A DNA stretch of 64,000 bases from Mobula hypostoma (taxonomy: Eukaryota), in the NCBI RefSeq assembly GCF_963921235.1, contig NC_086108.1:59832001-59896000 (forward strand). The letters run 5' to 3'. The notes beneath the pieces were generated by a model that saw only the letters and a list, made by a program, of their open reading frames with translations, had not been told where the DNA came from and did not search any database. Both the position numbers and the translations under genes were made by a program. This document shows positions 37,247-50,294 of the stretch, piece by piece. How positions within the stretch are numbered: position 1 is the first letter of the stretch; each line of letters starts with the position of its first letter.

Positions 37247-38128
37247 ATAGTTCAATGTCCATTTAATAACAAAGAAATGTGTGCAATATACATACTGAAA
37301 TTCTTGCTCTTCACAGACATCCATGAAAATGAGAGTGCCCTAAGGAATGAATGACAGTAAAAACATTAGAATGTCAAAGCCCCCCCACTCCCCCTCCCAC
37401 ACGTAAGCAGCAGCAAAGCAACGATACTCCCCACTCCCACACACTTCCGCAAAAAAAGTACCAGTGCCCTCCACCCACCAAGCAATAGCAAGACCTCCAA
37501 GAAAGAACATGATCTGCAGTACAACAGAAACTAATCATTCATGCAGACAATTCGACACACCACAGGCTGTCTCTCTCCCCAATAAAGGGAAAGAGAGGTG
37601 GCCCTCTTTCACAGCAAGAGGAGCGACATAACAGAACAACTCACTGATTTGCTATGATAAAGTCAGTCGCGTTGCTTTTTTCCGAGTTCCCTGACTTGTG
37701 AATTGGCAACAAACTCTCACCCACCACGAGAGAGTGAGAGAGCAAGAGTGAACACGCGATTCGCTGAGTACAGAACCCCCGACTGCTGATCTGCTGCTCC
37801 CAATGTTCTGTTTCCTCCGGCGACCCTTCATTCGACGCCACCAGCATAGAATCAGCCCATCCACAGGGCCGCAACGCCTCGGAACCCTGAAGGCGCACTT
37901 GTCTTCTTGGCTGCGTCCTTGCGATTTTGGAAAGCAGCTGTTCGTGACCGCCACGGGAGCACGTCCCACCACCGCAGAGAACCGAAGTTTGAGTGTAACT
38001 TCAGGTCAGGGTCTTCAACAGAACCTCATCCACCCTGAAAAGGAAAAAGAGGGACATCAAAGGTAGAAATTAAGCTGCTTCCGCCGATTAGCTTGAAGAG
38101 GTAGCTGTTAAGCATCATCATAACTTCA
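37247..38128 (-). mobile_element. Non-autonomous LINE-derived element, about 880 bp
   Basis: 3' tail at 37247 shared with 8005-8098; CpG-rich body; no RT frame. Confidence 0.6.
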
Positions 38129-38129
38129 C

Positions 38130-38195
38130 CCCATATATGTATACTGTACATATGTGTGTGTGTGTGTATGTATATGTATATAACCCTATATATAT
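38130..38195. repeat. (TA)/(TG) mixed microsatellite
   Basis: Read directly from the sequence. Confidence 0.8.
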
Positions 38196-38434
38196 CTGAA
38201 CTCTATGGCTGCAGCCTGATAGGACCAAGGTCATCCTCAATGGATGATTTGCTAAGACCAGATGGGGGAGTTTAAACTATCTCTGCAAGGGGAAGGAGCA
38301 TTGCAGCAGTTTCACAAAACTGAGAGGTAATATTGGGCATGAAAAGTGGGCATTTGGCAATGAACCTCGCAAGAAGGGGAAGTTGATTTGGAAGGTACAG
38401 GAAATAAAGGATAACGTAAAGGAACTAAAAGTTT

Positions 38435-39140
38435 CGGTGCTCCCGATGTGGCCCTTTATATATTGGCGAGACCCGACGCCGACTGGGAGACCGCTTTGCT
38501 GAACATCTACGCTCTGTCCACCAGAGAAAGCAGGATCTCCCAGTGGCCACACATTTTAATTCCACATCCCATTCCCATTCTGACATGTCTATCCACGGCC
38601 TCCTCTACTGTAAAGATGAAGTCACACTCAGGTTGGAGGAACAACACCTTATATTCCGTCTGGGTAGCCTCCAACCTGATGGCATGAACATCAACTTCTC
38701 TAACTTCCGCTAATGCCCCACCTCTCCCTCGTACCCCATCTGTTACTTACTTTTATACACACATTCTTTCTCTCACTCTCCTTTTTCTCCCTCTGTTCCT
38801 CTGAATATACCCCTTGCCCATCCTCTGGGTCCCCCCCACCCCTTGTCTTTCTTCCTGGACCTCCTGTCCCATGATCCTCTCGTATCCCCTTTTGCCAATC
38901 ACCTGTCCAGCTCTTGGCTCCATCCATTCCCCTCCTGTCTTCTCCTATCATTTTGGATCTCCCCCTCCCCCTCAAACTTTCAAATCCCTTACTCACTCTT
39001 CCTTCAGTTAGTCCTGACGAAGAGTCTCGGCCTGAAACGTCGACTGCACCTCTTCCTAGAGATGCTGCTTGGCCTGCTGCGTTCACCAGCAACTTTGATG
39101 TGTGTTGCTTGAATTTCCAGCATCTGCAGAATTCCTGTTG
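38435..39140 (+). mobile_element. 5'-truncated copy of the young Penelope family
   Basis: Near-identical to about 4185-4895; 9-bp TSD taaaagttt at 38426-38434 and 39141-39149. Confidence 0.95.
39009..39046 (+). ncRNA. Minimal type I hammerhead ribozyme with a stem II mismatch
   Basis: tagtc-CTGACGA-agagtctcggcct-GAAA-cgTC-gactg. Confidence 0.75.
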
Positions 39141-39290
39141 TAAAAGTTTAATGATTGCTTATACTTTAATGCAAGGAGTCTATAAAACAAATGTGATGAA
39201 ACGGGTTAACATGAGGAAGTACGACACAGTGTTCAATACGGAAACGTGCATTACAGATGGACAGGAATGGCCGTTAAGTTCATAGCGCCA

Positions 39291-39560
39291 AGTGGCATAA
39301 TGGTAGTGTGACACCGTTACAGCTCAGGGCATTCAGCAGTCTGGAGTTCAATTCCTGCGCCATCCCTGTGGAACGCGTGGTTCTTCTCCGGGTCTTCCGG
39401 TTTCCACCCATTGTCCAAAGACGTGCCAGGTAAGTTAATTGGTCATTGTAATTTGTCCCGTTATTAGATTAGGGTTAATTGGGATTGTGTGGTTGCTGGG
39501 ACAGCGTGGTTCAAAGGCCGGAGTTGCCTACTCTGTGCTGGATCACTCAATAAATAAATA
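39291..39560 (+). mobile_element. tRNA-derived V-SINE-like element
   Basis: A-box-like tggcataatgg, B-box-like ggagttcaattcc, V-core ttctccggg..tccggtttcc.ccca, and an (aaat)n tail. Confidence 0.75.
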
Positions 39561-40338
39561 GATATTGATTTAGATGAACAAAGGGGTGAAATAAAAGGAG
39601 GTGTGTTAATGGTGGTTGGGAAATAATTATAATTTTAAGGAAATTATCTAAGGTCAATAAATGAGGTTATGCCATTTGAAAAGAGGGAAGAAGAGGGATG
39701 TAAATATATAAAGTTCTTTTAAACAAGGAAAGTAGAAAAACAAATTATGCAGATTTCTGCTAAGTGCTAAACATTCCTACCCCTAACGGAGAAACAAAAA
39801 GGGCTGGAAGGGATAGGATTTCTGAAACACAATGGCAACTTTTTCTGATTAGTACATTTTCCAGCATTAAAATAGGAGATGACAATAACTTTGGATTTTA
39901 TGGAATGAAACTGGCCATGTGAGAAGATGTGCATTGCCAGTTAGGAGGTAGTGATCATAATTTGTTTGATTTTATACAGGCAGGCAAAGGTTAAACAGGA
40001 TTTCTAAACTGTGTTAAGGGCAGGAGGCATGAGCAACACATGCACTAGGTACAGGAATAGATGAGACCAGAGTTCAAGGGATCCCAATCATCAGAGAATC
40101 CAGCGTTCAAGACCTAGTGTTTGGGGTCCCAACATCGGAGAGTCCAGTGTTCAAGACGTAAACATTCAGGCTCCTTATTCATTGTCATCAGTGAGTTCTG
40201 GAGTTGACACTAAAAATTGAAGCCCAAAGGTTAATTAAAAGTCCAGAATTCAAAGGCTGATAGCCAGGTCCCTGAGTTTACTACAGGACAGTTAATCAAT
40301 GATTCTGCAAATCTACTGGAGACTGGAGTCCAGAGGTG

Positions 40339-40475
40339 GCTTGTCCTGAAGTTGGAGGGGTGTGTGTATGTGTGCATGCGTGCATGCGTGTGTGTGCGGT
40401 CGTGCTTGTGTGTGTGCACGTGTGTGCATGCGTGTATGCGTGTGTATGTGTGTGCGCGTGTGTGTGTGCGTGCAT
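40339..40475. repeat. Imperfect (TG/CA/CG)n alternating purine-pyrimidine microsatellite inside a SINE-like element (about 40060-40650)
   Basis: Read directly; downstream ggctgccctccagcacatcc resembles the 3' part of the 6378-6720 SINE. Confidence 0.8.
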
Positions 40476-41744
40476 AGGGAGAGAGGAACAGGACTTGTTT
40501 TGCTGTTGTTGTTTTGTTGCTTGTTATACTCTGTTTTGTTGCGTTCTGTATTATTCCGCTGAGTGTTGTGGGCGTGCTGTGTTGGTGCTGGAATGCATAA
40601 TGACACCACAGGCTGCCCTCCAGCACATCCCTAGGTGTGTTAGTAGTTAATAAATTTCAAAGTAGTATTGAGAATGTATATGCAAATATGAAGAGCAAAC
40701 TTGAAAAACACTTCATTTTCTGTCTGGCTATGGTGCAGTCTTCTGGGCTCAATATTGAAAATCCTACAATTTCAGGTAACTTGATTTCTCAGTCTATATC
40801 TGTCATCCATCTGTAATATTAGCTCAGCCTGATTTTTCCCTGTTTTTTTTTCTCTTTTTTATTCTCACTGAGAGTGAAAGCCGTGTGCAGACAGCCACAA
40901 TCTTTTGTCCATGTTCTCACCCTCCAATTGCTCCCGTTCATTCAGACCGGATAACCCTGTTCAAAGTTTAACCCAAGATCACCTTTATATAACCCTGATT
41001 AAGGATAAGAATGCCTCTTAGAGAATTTGTAGAGTTCCTTTTCTCTTTGCAAACGACAAAGAAACTTTTAAGATTAACCTCTGTAGACAATCAAACATGA
41101 TGGACGTTGTCCAACAATCATTTAACTCCATCTTTTAATTGTATGATACCATTTAATTCAAGCAGAATGAAATGGCAAATATAATGGGCTTCTAATTTCT
41201 ATGTTTACATTGCATAAGTCCGTCACTACTTCAATGGTAATTGCCATTTCCAACAAAGAATTCTATTAGTAATTAATAATGGTGAATTCGTCAGATTTTA
41301 TCCATACCAAATCAACTAGTTCATTGACTAAATTCCCTTGGGTTGTCCATCTTCTTTTCTCTAATTCCTGTCCTTGATATAAATCTTCTGATAAAGCTGT
41401 CAGATTTGATGCTACATGTCCCCATAATCAGACCTGAGTGTACCAGCTCTCCCACTACTTCTCCTTGATGGAAATATTAAACCTTTCCCACAATAATCAC
41501 TAAATGGACAATAAATGTAAAAGATAAAATATTTCTCTGAATATTTTTGTTGCCCTATCCAAATATTCTGAAGCCATTATAATGACAGTTTAATTTGAAT
41601 TTAAGCAACTAGAAGTTGAAAGGAACATCTGTTCCACTTTGTTTTCATTGATACAAAATAATTTTACTGAAGATTTCAAAATTATACAATTGTCTTGCAC
41701 ACTTTGACTGACAGCCTGTAGCACTTTAATGCTTACCACAACAC

Positions 41745-42330
41745 ATGTTGCAGCTCTATAAAACTCTGTTTAGACCATATTTGGAATATTGTGTTCAGTT
41801 TTGGTCACCTCACTCCAGGGAGGTTGTAGAAGCTTTAGAGAGGGTGCAGACGAGAGTTACCAGGATGCTGCCTGGCCTAGAGGGCAAGTCCAATGAGGAC
41901 ATTTTGAGTGATTTAGGGTTTTTCTCTTTGGGACAAAGAAGGATGATCAGTGACTTGATAGAGGTGTACAAAATAAGAAGAGGCATTCTCTGAGTGAATA
42001 GAGAGAGGCTTTTTTTTCCTAGGGTAGAAATGGCTAATACCAAGAGGTATCATTTTAAGATGATTAGAGGAAAATAAAGGAGCAATGTCAGAGGTAAGGT
42101 TTTTACACAGAGAATGGTGGGTACGTGGACCATGTTGCCAGGAAAGTAGCAGAGGCAGACACTTTAGATAGATTTAGGAAGCCCCTTGATAGGTTCTTGG
42201 ATGATAGGACAATGGAGGGTTATGTAAGAGGCAAGGGTTAGATTGATCTTAGAGTTGGTTGAAAGGTGGGGACAATATTGTGGGCTAAAAGGCCTGTACT
42301 GTCTGAAGTGCTCTATGTTCAATGTTCTAA
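41745..42330 (+). mobile_element. CR1 3' fragment
   Basis: MLQLYKTLFRPYLEYCVQFWSPH; tail ctatgttcaatgttcta. Confidence 0.9.
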
Positions 42331-42382
42331 GTTCAAAACATTCATCTCCTGTAAGGTTGATTCAGGTTTTGAGTTAGAAGAA

Positions 42383-42525
42383 CAAACAAGAGAAAATCTG
42401 CAGGTGCCGGAAATCAAAGTAATACACACAAAGTGATAGTGGAACTCCTCAGGTCAGGCAGCATCCATGGAAAAAAGTAATGGAGAAATGAAGAAGGGTC
42501 TCGGCCTGAAACATCTATTCTTTTC
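42383..42525 (-). mobile_element. 143-bp Penelope-terminus insertion with an inverted hammerhead segment
   Basis: 16-bp TSD ttttgagttagaagaa at 42367-42382 and 42526-42541. Confidence 0.85.
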
Positions 42526-42830
42526 TTTTGAGTTAGAAGAAGACGGATTCAAATTCAATGACAGAATTTGAGCACACAAACCAGATTGACATTTTACTGT
42601 AAGAGGACAGTTGTGCCACAAATCTGTTTATTTTAATGGAGGAGAAACCACAGCGCTTCCTATTAGTTCAGCAGGATATGGAAGGCTTTGGATAAGTGCA
42701 GCAGATTCTCCCGGTATCTTTGTCAACCATCACCATCAGAATGGATTATTGTTTTGTGTGAGATCATGTTCTGCACAGAACTGGCTGACGTACTTGCTCA
42801 CTCACATAACCTCTGACATCCTAATGATGT
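42526..42830 (+). mobile_element. Ancient Deu-domain SINE remnant
   Basis: ttgagcacacaaaccagattgaca, gattctcccggtatc and gagatcatgttctgcacagaactggctg resemble SacSINE1-type sequence, from recall. Confidence 0.45.
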
Positions 42831-45800
42831 GATAGATAAAGTCAAGGGTTACAAAGTTAAGACAGAAAATACAAAGCTGGCGTGAAGAATTTAGGTGTGC
42901 GTAATATCAAAGTTAATGAAGGAATCTTTAAACAATAACAATAACTTTTAAATGTGTTCAAAGCCTGAAAGACAGAAGTAATTGATAAAGGCAAAGAGAA
43001 TATGTATGCAGGACTTAGTGTTGTTTTAGATACAGATATTCTGTGATTACGTAAGGCGAATGGAAAGCTGAGAGGAGCAAGCGGAAGAAATCAAGTTCAG
43101 AAATGATGATTGCAATGAATTGGAACAGGATAAGATTTAGGTACTCAGTTTGAACAAGATCGAGCTAGAGGCCTCAATTGAAAATTACCTCTTGAATATC
43201 AGAGTGTGACGTATCACCTATGTCAAGCAATTTACTATCCGACTCGTAACTAATCAAAGCTTGCGTTTTATTGTCTCTACACACATATCAATGTAACTCT
43301 GTTGAACCCATACCAACAACTTAAATCATGAATTGTGTTGTTCCCTCCATAACAATAATCACTCGGACCACCTCTCTAATTTATAACACTGAAATAGTGA
43401 ATCTCACACTGGCCAAACGATTGATCCTTTTTCTTTTTCTTCCAGCCCCTGGTATGGGGGCCTTCTTTGTCTCTGGAGATCTTGCTGATTTGTATTTGAA
43501 GCCCCTCATCCTTCTTCCCCCTTTCCTTATCCGTTCAAAATGCTGCATTTCGATTTCGTTGACTCTGGCCGATCCGGCTGATGCGTGTCATCTTTTCATT
43601 GGCTGTGGTCCAAGCCAGCATCATCTTGTTGCTTTTCTCACAAGTAACAACTTGTAATTAATGTCTCTTTGTTCTGAATCAGCTAGTTGCTAGGCTTGGG
43701 TTCCTTAGGTCAGACACAGACTCCCCTATTCATTAACCTGCATGTTCTACCATACTAAAGATCACCTCAGTGACAGAGAGCACTTGGTAAATGCACTTCC
43801 TACGCACGCGCATACACTCACACACAAACATTGCTTTGTCATTCTGCCGTCGTTACAGTGAGTGCATGCACTTCAATGTCTTCCCCGGTATATTATCATA
43901 ATAACACACTGTTTTCCCTCTGCATTGCTACATACATTCAGAGTCAGGCAACAAAGTTTAGTTTTATTTTATTCTTTACTTATACGTAACAGTAAATGTG
44001 CAATTGTGTTGAGCATTCTGCTGTTTCACACTGGCAAATCCTGGCAGTCATGTGGCATCTGCTGGATTGTAAACTAAGCTGATGCAATCAGGGTGGCTCC
44101 ATGTTGCCTTTCTCACCTTTTGCGTGGGATATTCATTTCTTTATAAATGTGTATATGTTGTTGGTATACTGCACTTAAGGTAGATATTTGTTTATTTTAT
44201 TAATATGATTGCAACTACGTTGTTGGGTGCATTATATTCTAATCAATGGGCAGTCTTAAGTTAAATTTGTTGGTAATTAAAGATGGTATGTTGTAATACG
44301 TGATCCTCTGAGCTCATGGCCCTCAGTATGAGGGAGAGGGATAGGGCTGCCAGGAGTTCAGACTGCACACGAGTGAGTACAGATCTATTATTGTGTTTTC
44401 TTGTAGATATCACTTTGTGAATATTGGCATTTTCACTATTTTTTATTAAATTTTTAAGTTTTGATTTTTGACACACCTAATAAACACCCTTTCACTAATA
44501 CATTAAAAGACTCCAGCCATTTTTTTCCTCTGATCATCACCAACATATCTAACAACCTCACAAGTAACTTCTTATTTGGAAGTGATCTCTAGTCCGGCAG
44601 CTTATCAGGAGCATCATTGCATCCACCTTAAAGCACTTTGATGCAGCTATTCCTGAGCAAAGCTAGTTCACAAAACAGCTTACAAAATGGAGGTTGCAGA
44701 GAAACTTCACAAAATGGTGACCCCCATTCCTCAACCACATGACAAAAACAAAGACATTTCATTCGTTTATTTCTGCTATACTCGACTTTTAGATGTTTTC
44801 TACCATGTTTTAATTCCTTCATGACAAACAAGAGCACAGCTCATCTTTTATTCTGATGTAAAACATACTTGCTTTGTAAGTTAGTGTGCAGAGGGGTTAT
44901 AGTAAAAACCATATATTTATTCTAAAAGGAGAGTGGAGGCAGACCAGCATTCCTCTGCCTGATTTGTTGGGCCCTTTATCATTGATACATTCAAGAGATA
45001 AATACAGTTACGAATTGGACCTATAACTTCGAATTTGTCTTTATTTTTCATAATTCTGAAGTGTTTAGTAATACAATGACTACAAGTAACAATCAGCTTC
45101 TCTTCAGTTTGCTCGGTCTCTCACAAAGCTACTTCTCTACCTTGTTTTTGATTGTCAAAGAATTTAGTTTTAAACATTTCTATGGCATTTTAATTTGCGG
45201 TTTTAAGGAGATTCAAAGACAGTTTGCCACTTCTTCTCTCTGTTAATAACTCAACATTTTCCTTCTTGTTGCCCTTTCCTTCATTGAACTGTGCTGAACC
45301 GTTTTACACTATGAATCAGCTGAAATGTTCAGAGGATTTATTTGAAAGAGCCCACATTGACATTTCATTGCTACCTAGGGCATTTATCCATGATGTGGCA
45401 GGTTGTGTCAGTTTCTGACTAGACGACTTTGTTCCATGAACCTACGTCTTATCTGTTTGTTAGCTGTGAACTTTTACTTAAGTTTCTCAGCATATATAAA
45501 AAAAAGAGAACTGCCTCTATCTTATCATATTCTTCAAAAGCCATCTTGTAGCCTCCAGTGTAAGTCCGCACTGTCTTGAAACTTTTATATTGAAATATGT
45601 CTGATATTATTAGGTATTCTATCTAGAAGGATTTTACTTTTAAAAGTAAATCAGAGGATTTTACTTTTATTAATTAGTTAACCAAACATAGAGAATACTG
45701 TTAGTAGATCATGGTCATGTACATGCTATGAATAATAATAAATTGATTTTTGATTTAGGTTCTGATAAAAATCGATGTGATACATGCCTGACCTTTAATT

Positions 45801-46989
45801 TAGAGGATGCATTGCCATATTTCCTGGAGCTCATCTGACAGAATGCCATCTTTCCAAATGTTGATGTAATTGGTAGAGCTCTAGGCAGACTTTTTCCTTT
45901 CACATCTCGAGTTTGAGCTCGGCAGAACACAAACACTACTTTCAAATTCAGACATAAGCTCTTCATAATAATCTGCACCACCAGCTCTTAGATACAAGAG
46001 AGATTCTGCCCTCAATGTCACGGCTCCCAGGAAGGTGCAACCATTCAGCTTGTGATAATTTACTACCTTTGTAGAGTTCCACATTTCAATTAACCCTTCT
46101 TTCATGTAGGAAGCCTTGAAAAAATAACCCTCCTCCTTCTGCAAAACCAGAATGAGCTAATAATGCTTAATTTTTTTTTACAAAGGATTCTGGCACACCT
46201 ACAGAGAGGACATTGATGGATATTTATGCTTCATTCTGAGGGTGATGCACCACGATGATGACAAGAATAAGGAACTATATTATTAGGAAACATAGAAGAA
46301 TTATAATGATTTATGCTGGAGCAGAAAAGATTAAAAATGAATGCTATTATGGTTGTTAAGATGATAAAAGATGTCGGAATATTTTATAGTCTGAACAGGG
46401 AAAGACTATTAATTTTAAATATGAAATCAATGTTAAATTTTATTATTTCTAAAAGGACAAGGAAAATGGAAAGGAGATATTTTTTACACATATGAATATT
46501 GGCTCTTGACAAGTTTTAACCACAGGAGCTGGCAGAGGCAAAAATGAATGGATCTTGAGGGAAATATCTGAATCCAAATAAGAAAAAAGGCAACAGAGGG
46601 AACACAAGTAAAGGGATTCTCAAGTTAAGAGTCTGCATGGAAACAAAGTTCTTGTTCTGTTCTACAAGCTGATATTGTTCTCTGAAAAGTTTGCTGAGAT
46701 GGTTTGGCCTGCAATATTTTAGGAAGGGTTGCAGATCTCTCGTGAAGGGAGAACTATGGTAATGCAGAAATATAGGAAAGAATTAATTTTAATACTAGTG
46801 AAAGAGATACCTAAGAAGACCACAAAAGGTGTTGATTGCATGCTGTGCCATGTAAGTGGACAGAATAATATCAGATGAAACGCAATGGAGTTGGACTGTG
46901 CCCAATCCGTGAGCGGGAGTTCGAGAAGAAGCGACAATTTCACTTGTACCTGACTGAAGATTTAAAAAGGCAGCACTTCCTGGCAGTTT

Positions 46990-48426
46990 TCAGAATTCGA
47001 CCGTGCCCAAACAGTGAGTGGAAGCATTGCAGGGTGGGGGTGTGTGGGGGTGTTGCAGTGACCAGGTCTCTGGCACTGAGTCTAATGTTGTGGCTCGGAA
47101 TAGAAGAGAGGTGAAAGGTCTGCTGTAGTAATAGGGGATTCCATGGTTAGAGGAATAGAGATGAGATTCTGTGGACCTGACAGAGACATTAGGATGATCT
47201 GTTGCCTCCCAGGTGTCAGGGTCAGGGTTGTCTCGGATTGGGTCCATGGCATTCTAAGGAGGGAGGGTGAGCTGCCAGTAGTACATATAGGTACCAATAA
47301 CATAGGTAGGAAAGGGGAGGAGGTCCTGAAGAGAGATTTTAGGAAGCTAGGTCAAAAGCTGAAAAGTTTGACATTCAGGACCGTAATCTCTGGATTGCTG
47401 TCTGTGCCGAGTGCCAGTGAGGATAAGACTATGATGATCTGGCAGATGAATGTGTGGCTAAGGAAACAGTGCAGGGGGCAGGTGCTCAGATTTATGGATC
47501 ATTTGGGATCTCTTCTGGGGAAGGTACAACCTGTAAAAAAAGGGACAGATTACTCCTGAACCCGAGGGGGACTAATATTCCAGCAGGCAGGTTGGCTAGA
47601 GTTGTTTGGGAGTGTTTAAGCTAATTTGGCACGAGGATGGGAACCGGAGTGATGGGGCTGAGGATGGGGTAGTTAATTTACAAACAGAGGCAATGTGTAA
47701 TAAGACTGCTAGCAAGGAGAGGCTGATGATAGAGCAAAACTGCAGTCAATGGGATGAGCTATAATGTAAAAAGGGTACAAAATCAAAAAGGGTGATGAAT
47801 ACAGGGCTGAAGGTATTATACTTGAATGTACGCAGTACTAGGAATAAAGTAGGTGAACTTGTAGCACAGTTACAGAATGGCATGTATGACGTTATGGGCA
47901 TCACTGAACGTGGCTGAAAGAAGATTATAGCTGGAGCTTAACGTCCAAAAATACACATTGTATTGGAAGGACATGCAGATAGGCAGATGGGGTAGTGTGG
48001 CCCTGTGGATAAAAAGTGAAATCAAATCATTAGAAAGAAGTGACATAGGATCAGAAGGTATAGAATCATTGTAGGTAGAGCTAAGAAACTGCAAGGGTAA
48101 AATGACCCTGATGGGAGTTATATTCCAACCTCCAAGCAGTAGCCAGGATGGGGTCTACAAATCACAACAGGATATAGAAAATGCATGCCAAAAGGGCAAA
48201 GTTACAATGTTGCAATAGTTATTTCAATACGCAGGACAAATGGGAAAATCAGGTTGATGCTTTATCCCAAGAGGGGTAATTCCTAGATTGCCTAGACTTT
48301 TTAGAGCAGCACATGGTTGAGCCCACTAGGGAATCAGCTAGTCTGGTTTGAGTGTTATGCAATGAACTGGGAATGACTAGAGAGCTTAAGGTAAAGGAAC
48401 CCTTAGGGGTGGGTGATCATAATACA
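46990..48426 (+). mobile_element. CR1 5' portion (esterase ORF1 + APE), degraded and 3'-truncated
   Basis: GDSMVRG, CCLPGVRV, VVHIGTNNIG, SGLL; LYLNVRS..NKV; GDHN at about 48415. Confidence 0.88.
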
Positions 48427-49228
48427 AGACCATAAGACCATAAAACATAGGAGAAGAATTAAGCCATTTGACCTAATGTGGCAAATGGAATACAGTGTCA
48501 GGAAGTGTATGGTCATGTACTTCTGTGGAAGAAATAAAAGTGCAGACTATTTTCAAAATGGAGAGAAAATTTAAAAAATCTGAGGTGCAAAGGGACTTGG
48601 GAGTCAAGAGGATTAGAATATAAAAGCAAGAACGTAATGTTAAAGCTTTATAAGGCACTGATGAGGCCTCATTTGGAGTATTGTTAGCAGTTTTGGGCCC
48701 CTTACCTAAGAAAGGATGTGCTGATGTTAGAGAAAGCTCTAAGGAGGTTCAGTAAAATCATTCAGGGATTGAAAGGCTTAACAATATGAGGAGCGTTTGA
48801 TGGCTCTGGGCCTCTACTCACTGCAATTCAGAAGAATAAGGGAGAATCTTATTGAATGTTGAAAGGACTCAAAAGGGTGGATGTCAAGAAGATGTTTCGT
48901 TTGGTGAGGGAGTCAAAGATCAGAAGATGCAACTCAGAATAGAGGGACATCAATTTAGAACAGAGATGAGGAGGAATTTCTTTAGCCAGAGAGTGGTGAA
49001 TCTGTAGAATTCATTGCCATAGGTGGCTGTGGAAGCCAAGTCATTGGGTTTATTTAAGGTAGAGGTTGATAGATTCTTTATTAGTCAGGATATGAAGGGA
49101 TAAAGGGAGTGGGCAGGAGATTAGGGCTGACAGTGAAATAGATTGACTATGATGAAACAATAGAGCAGACTCGATGGGCCGAAAGGCCTAATTATGCTCC
49201 TGTATTTTATGGTCTTATGGTCTTATGG
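48427..49228 (+). mobile_element. CR1 3' fragment with a second, inverted 3' tail at its 5' end
   Basis: agaccataagaccataa at the left end, ttatggtcttatggtcttatgg at the right end; taataca at 48420-48426 and 49229-49235. Confidence 0.8.
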
Positions 49229-50294
49229 TAATACAGGCAAACATTTAGTGCTGCACATAAGAAAAAGTAAACAGCACATTTGTTTCATAGATCGTACTGC
49301 AGTAACGCAGGATCAGCCTGAACGTAGCATAAATTCATTTTTTGAGGGAGTTGACATACATTTTCTTCTATTTAATTTACAATAGTCTGACCTGGGTGTA
49401 ACAATAGTACCCCCTTGTGACCTGAACTGGATTTAGATTTTTGCTTTCTTTGAACATGTACAATATAAGTCTCTCTCCACATATCAAACTTGAGTAATCC
49501 AAAGACAGTGATAAATTATTGTCTTTCTTCATTTCATAGTAAGATTAATAAAAGAACAAATCCAATTTACCTTTACATATTAATATGTAATCAAAATCAT
49601 AGCATGTCATCTTCAAATGTTGTTCAATTTGACAAACAAAACTACTTTAAATTGAGCTTTAGGATTTACTCTTCACCTCTAAATGTTTTGTTTAAAAAAA
49701 GTCTTTTCCTCTGCTTTACTGTTCTCTTTTCTTAGCTTGTAAGAGCATAGACCTTCTAAAATCTAACACTTAGGATTTGAGGTGCATTTTCATAGCTGGG
49801 GCAAGCTATCAAATTCTGTATTATTTCCTATCTGTGTGGAAATAACATCATTGCCAGCTCAGTTTATATGAACCGCTAAAATCAAGGCTAAATTATTTCT
49901 ATCAAATAATGATTCATTCAAGTAAAGTAGTGAATTTCTTTTGAGAGCCATTTTATTGCCCTATCAGGAATGTCATAATAAAGTCACTTTTGTGTCACTT
50001 AGATAATTAGGGCTCATTTGTTTTAGTTTATGCATGAGTTTCAGTGAGTTACTGCAGCATTGTCAGCAATTTTATAGCCATAGTCATTTCAGGAAAAAGG
50101 GAACGGACCTGAGAACAACCTTTGTTAACAGTTCATTTAAGACTTTAGATTTTAGTCATACCAGATTCAAAGAAAATTATTGTGAAAGATCCACTCATTA
50201 TATGTCACAGAAAGAGAAAAGCAATTTTCTGATTTAATGTTAGTTATAATAAATTATTTTGGATTCATAATGATTGTACAGTGGAATATCATAA

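Larger units (their letters stand above)
38200..39980 (+). mobile_element. Old CR1 ORF1/ORF2 junction and APE remnant, interrupted by a Penelope fragment and a V-SINE
   Basis: gagtttaaacta junction motif; KYDTVFNTETCITDGQEW; ttaggaggtagtgatcataat (SDHN). Confidence 0.55.

Noticed and set aside
39291..39365. tRNA gene
   Set aside because: A/B-box-like motifs belong to a SINE head; no cloverleaf is evident.
40231..40650. His/Thr- or Cys/Val-rich ORFs
   Set aside because: Translations of a TG/CA microsatellite.
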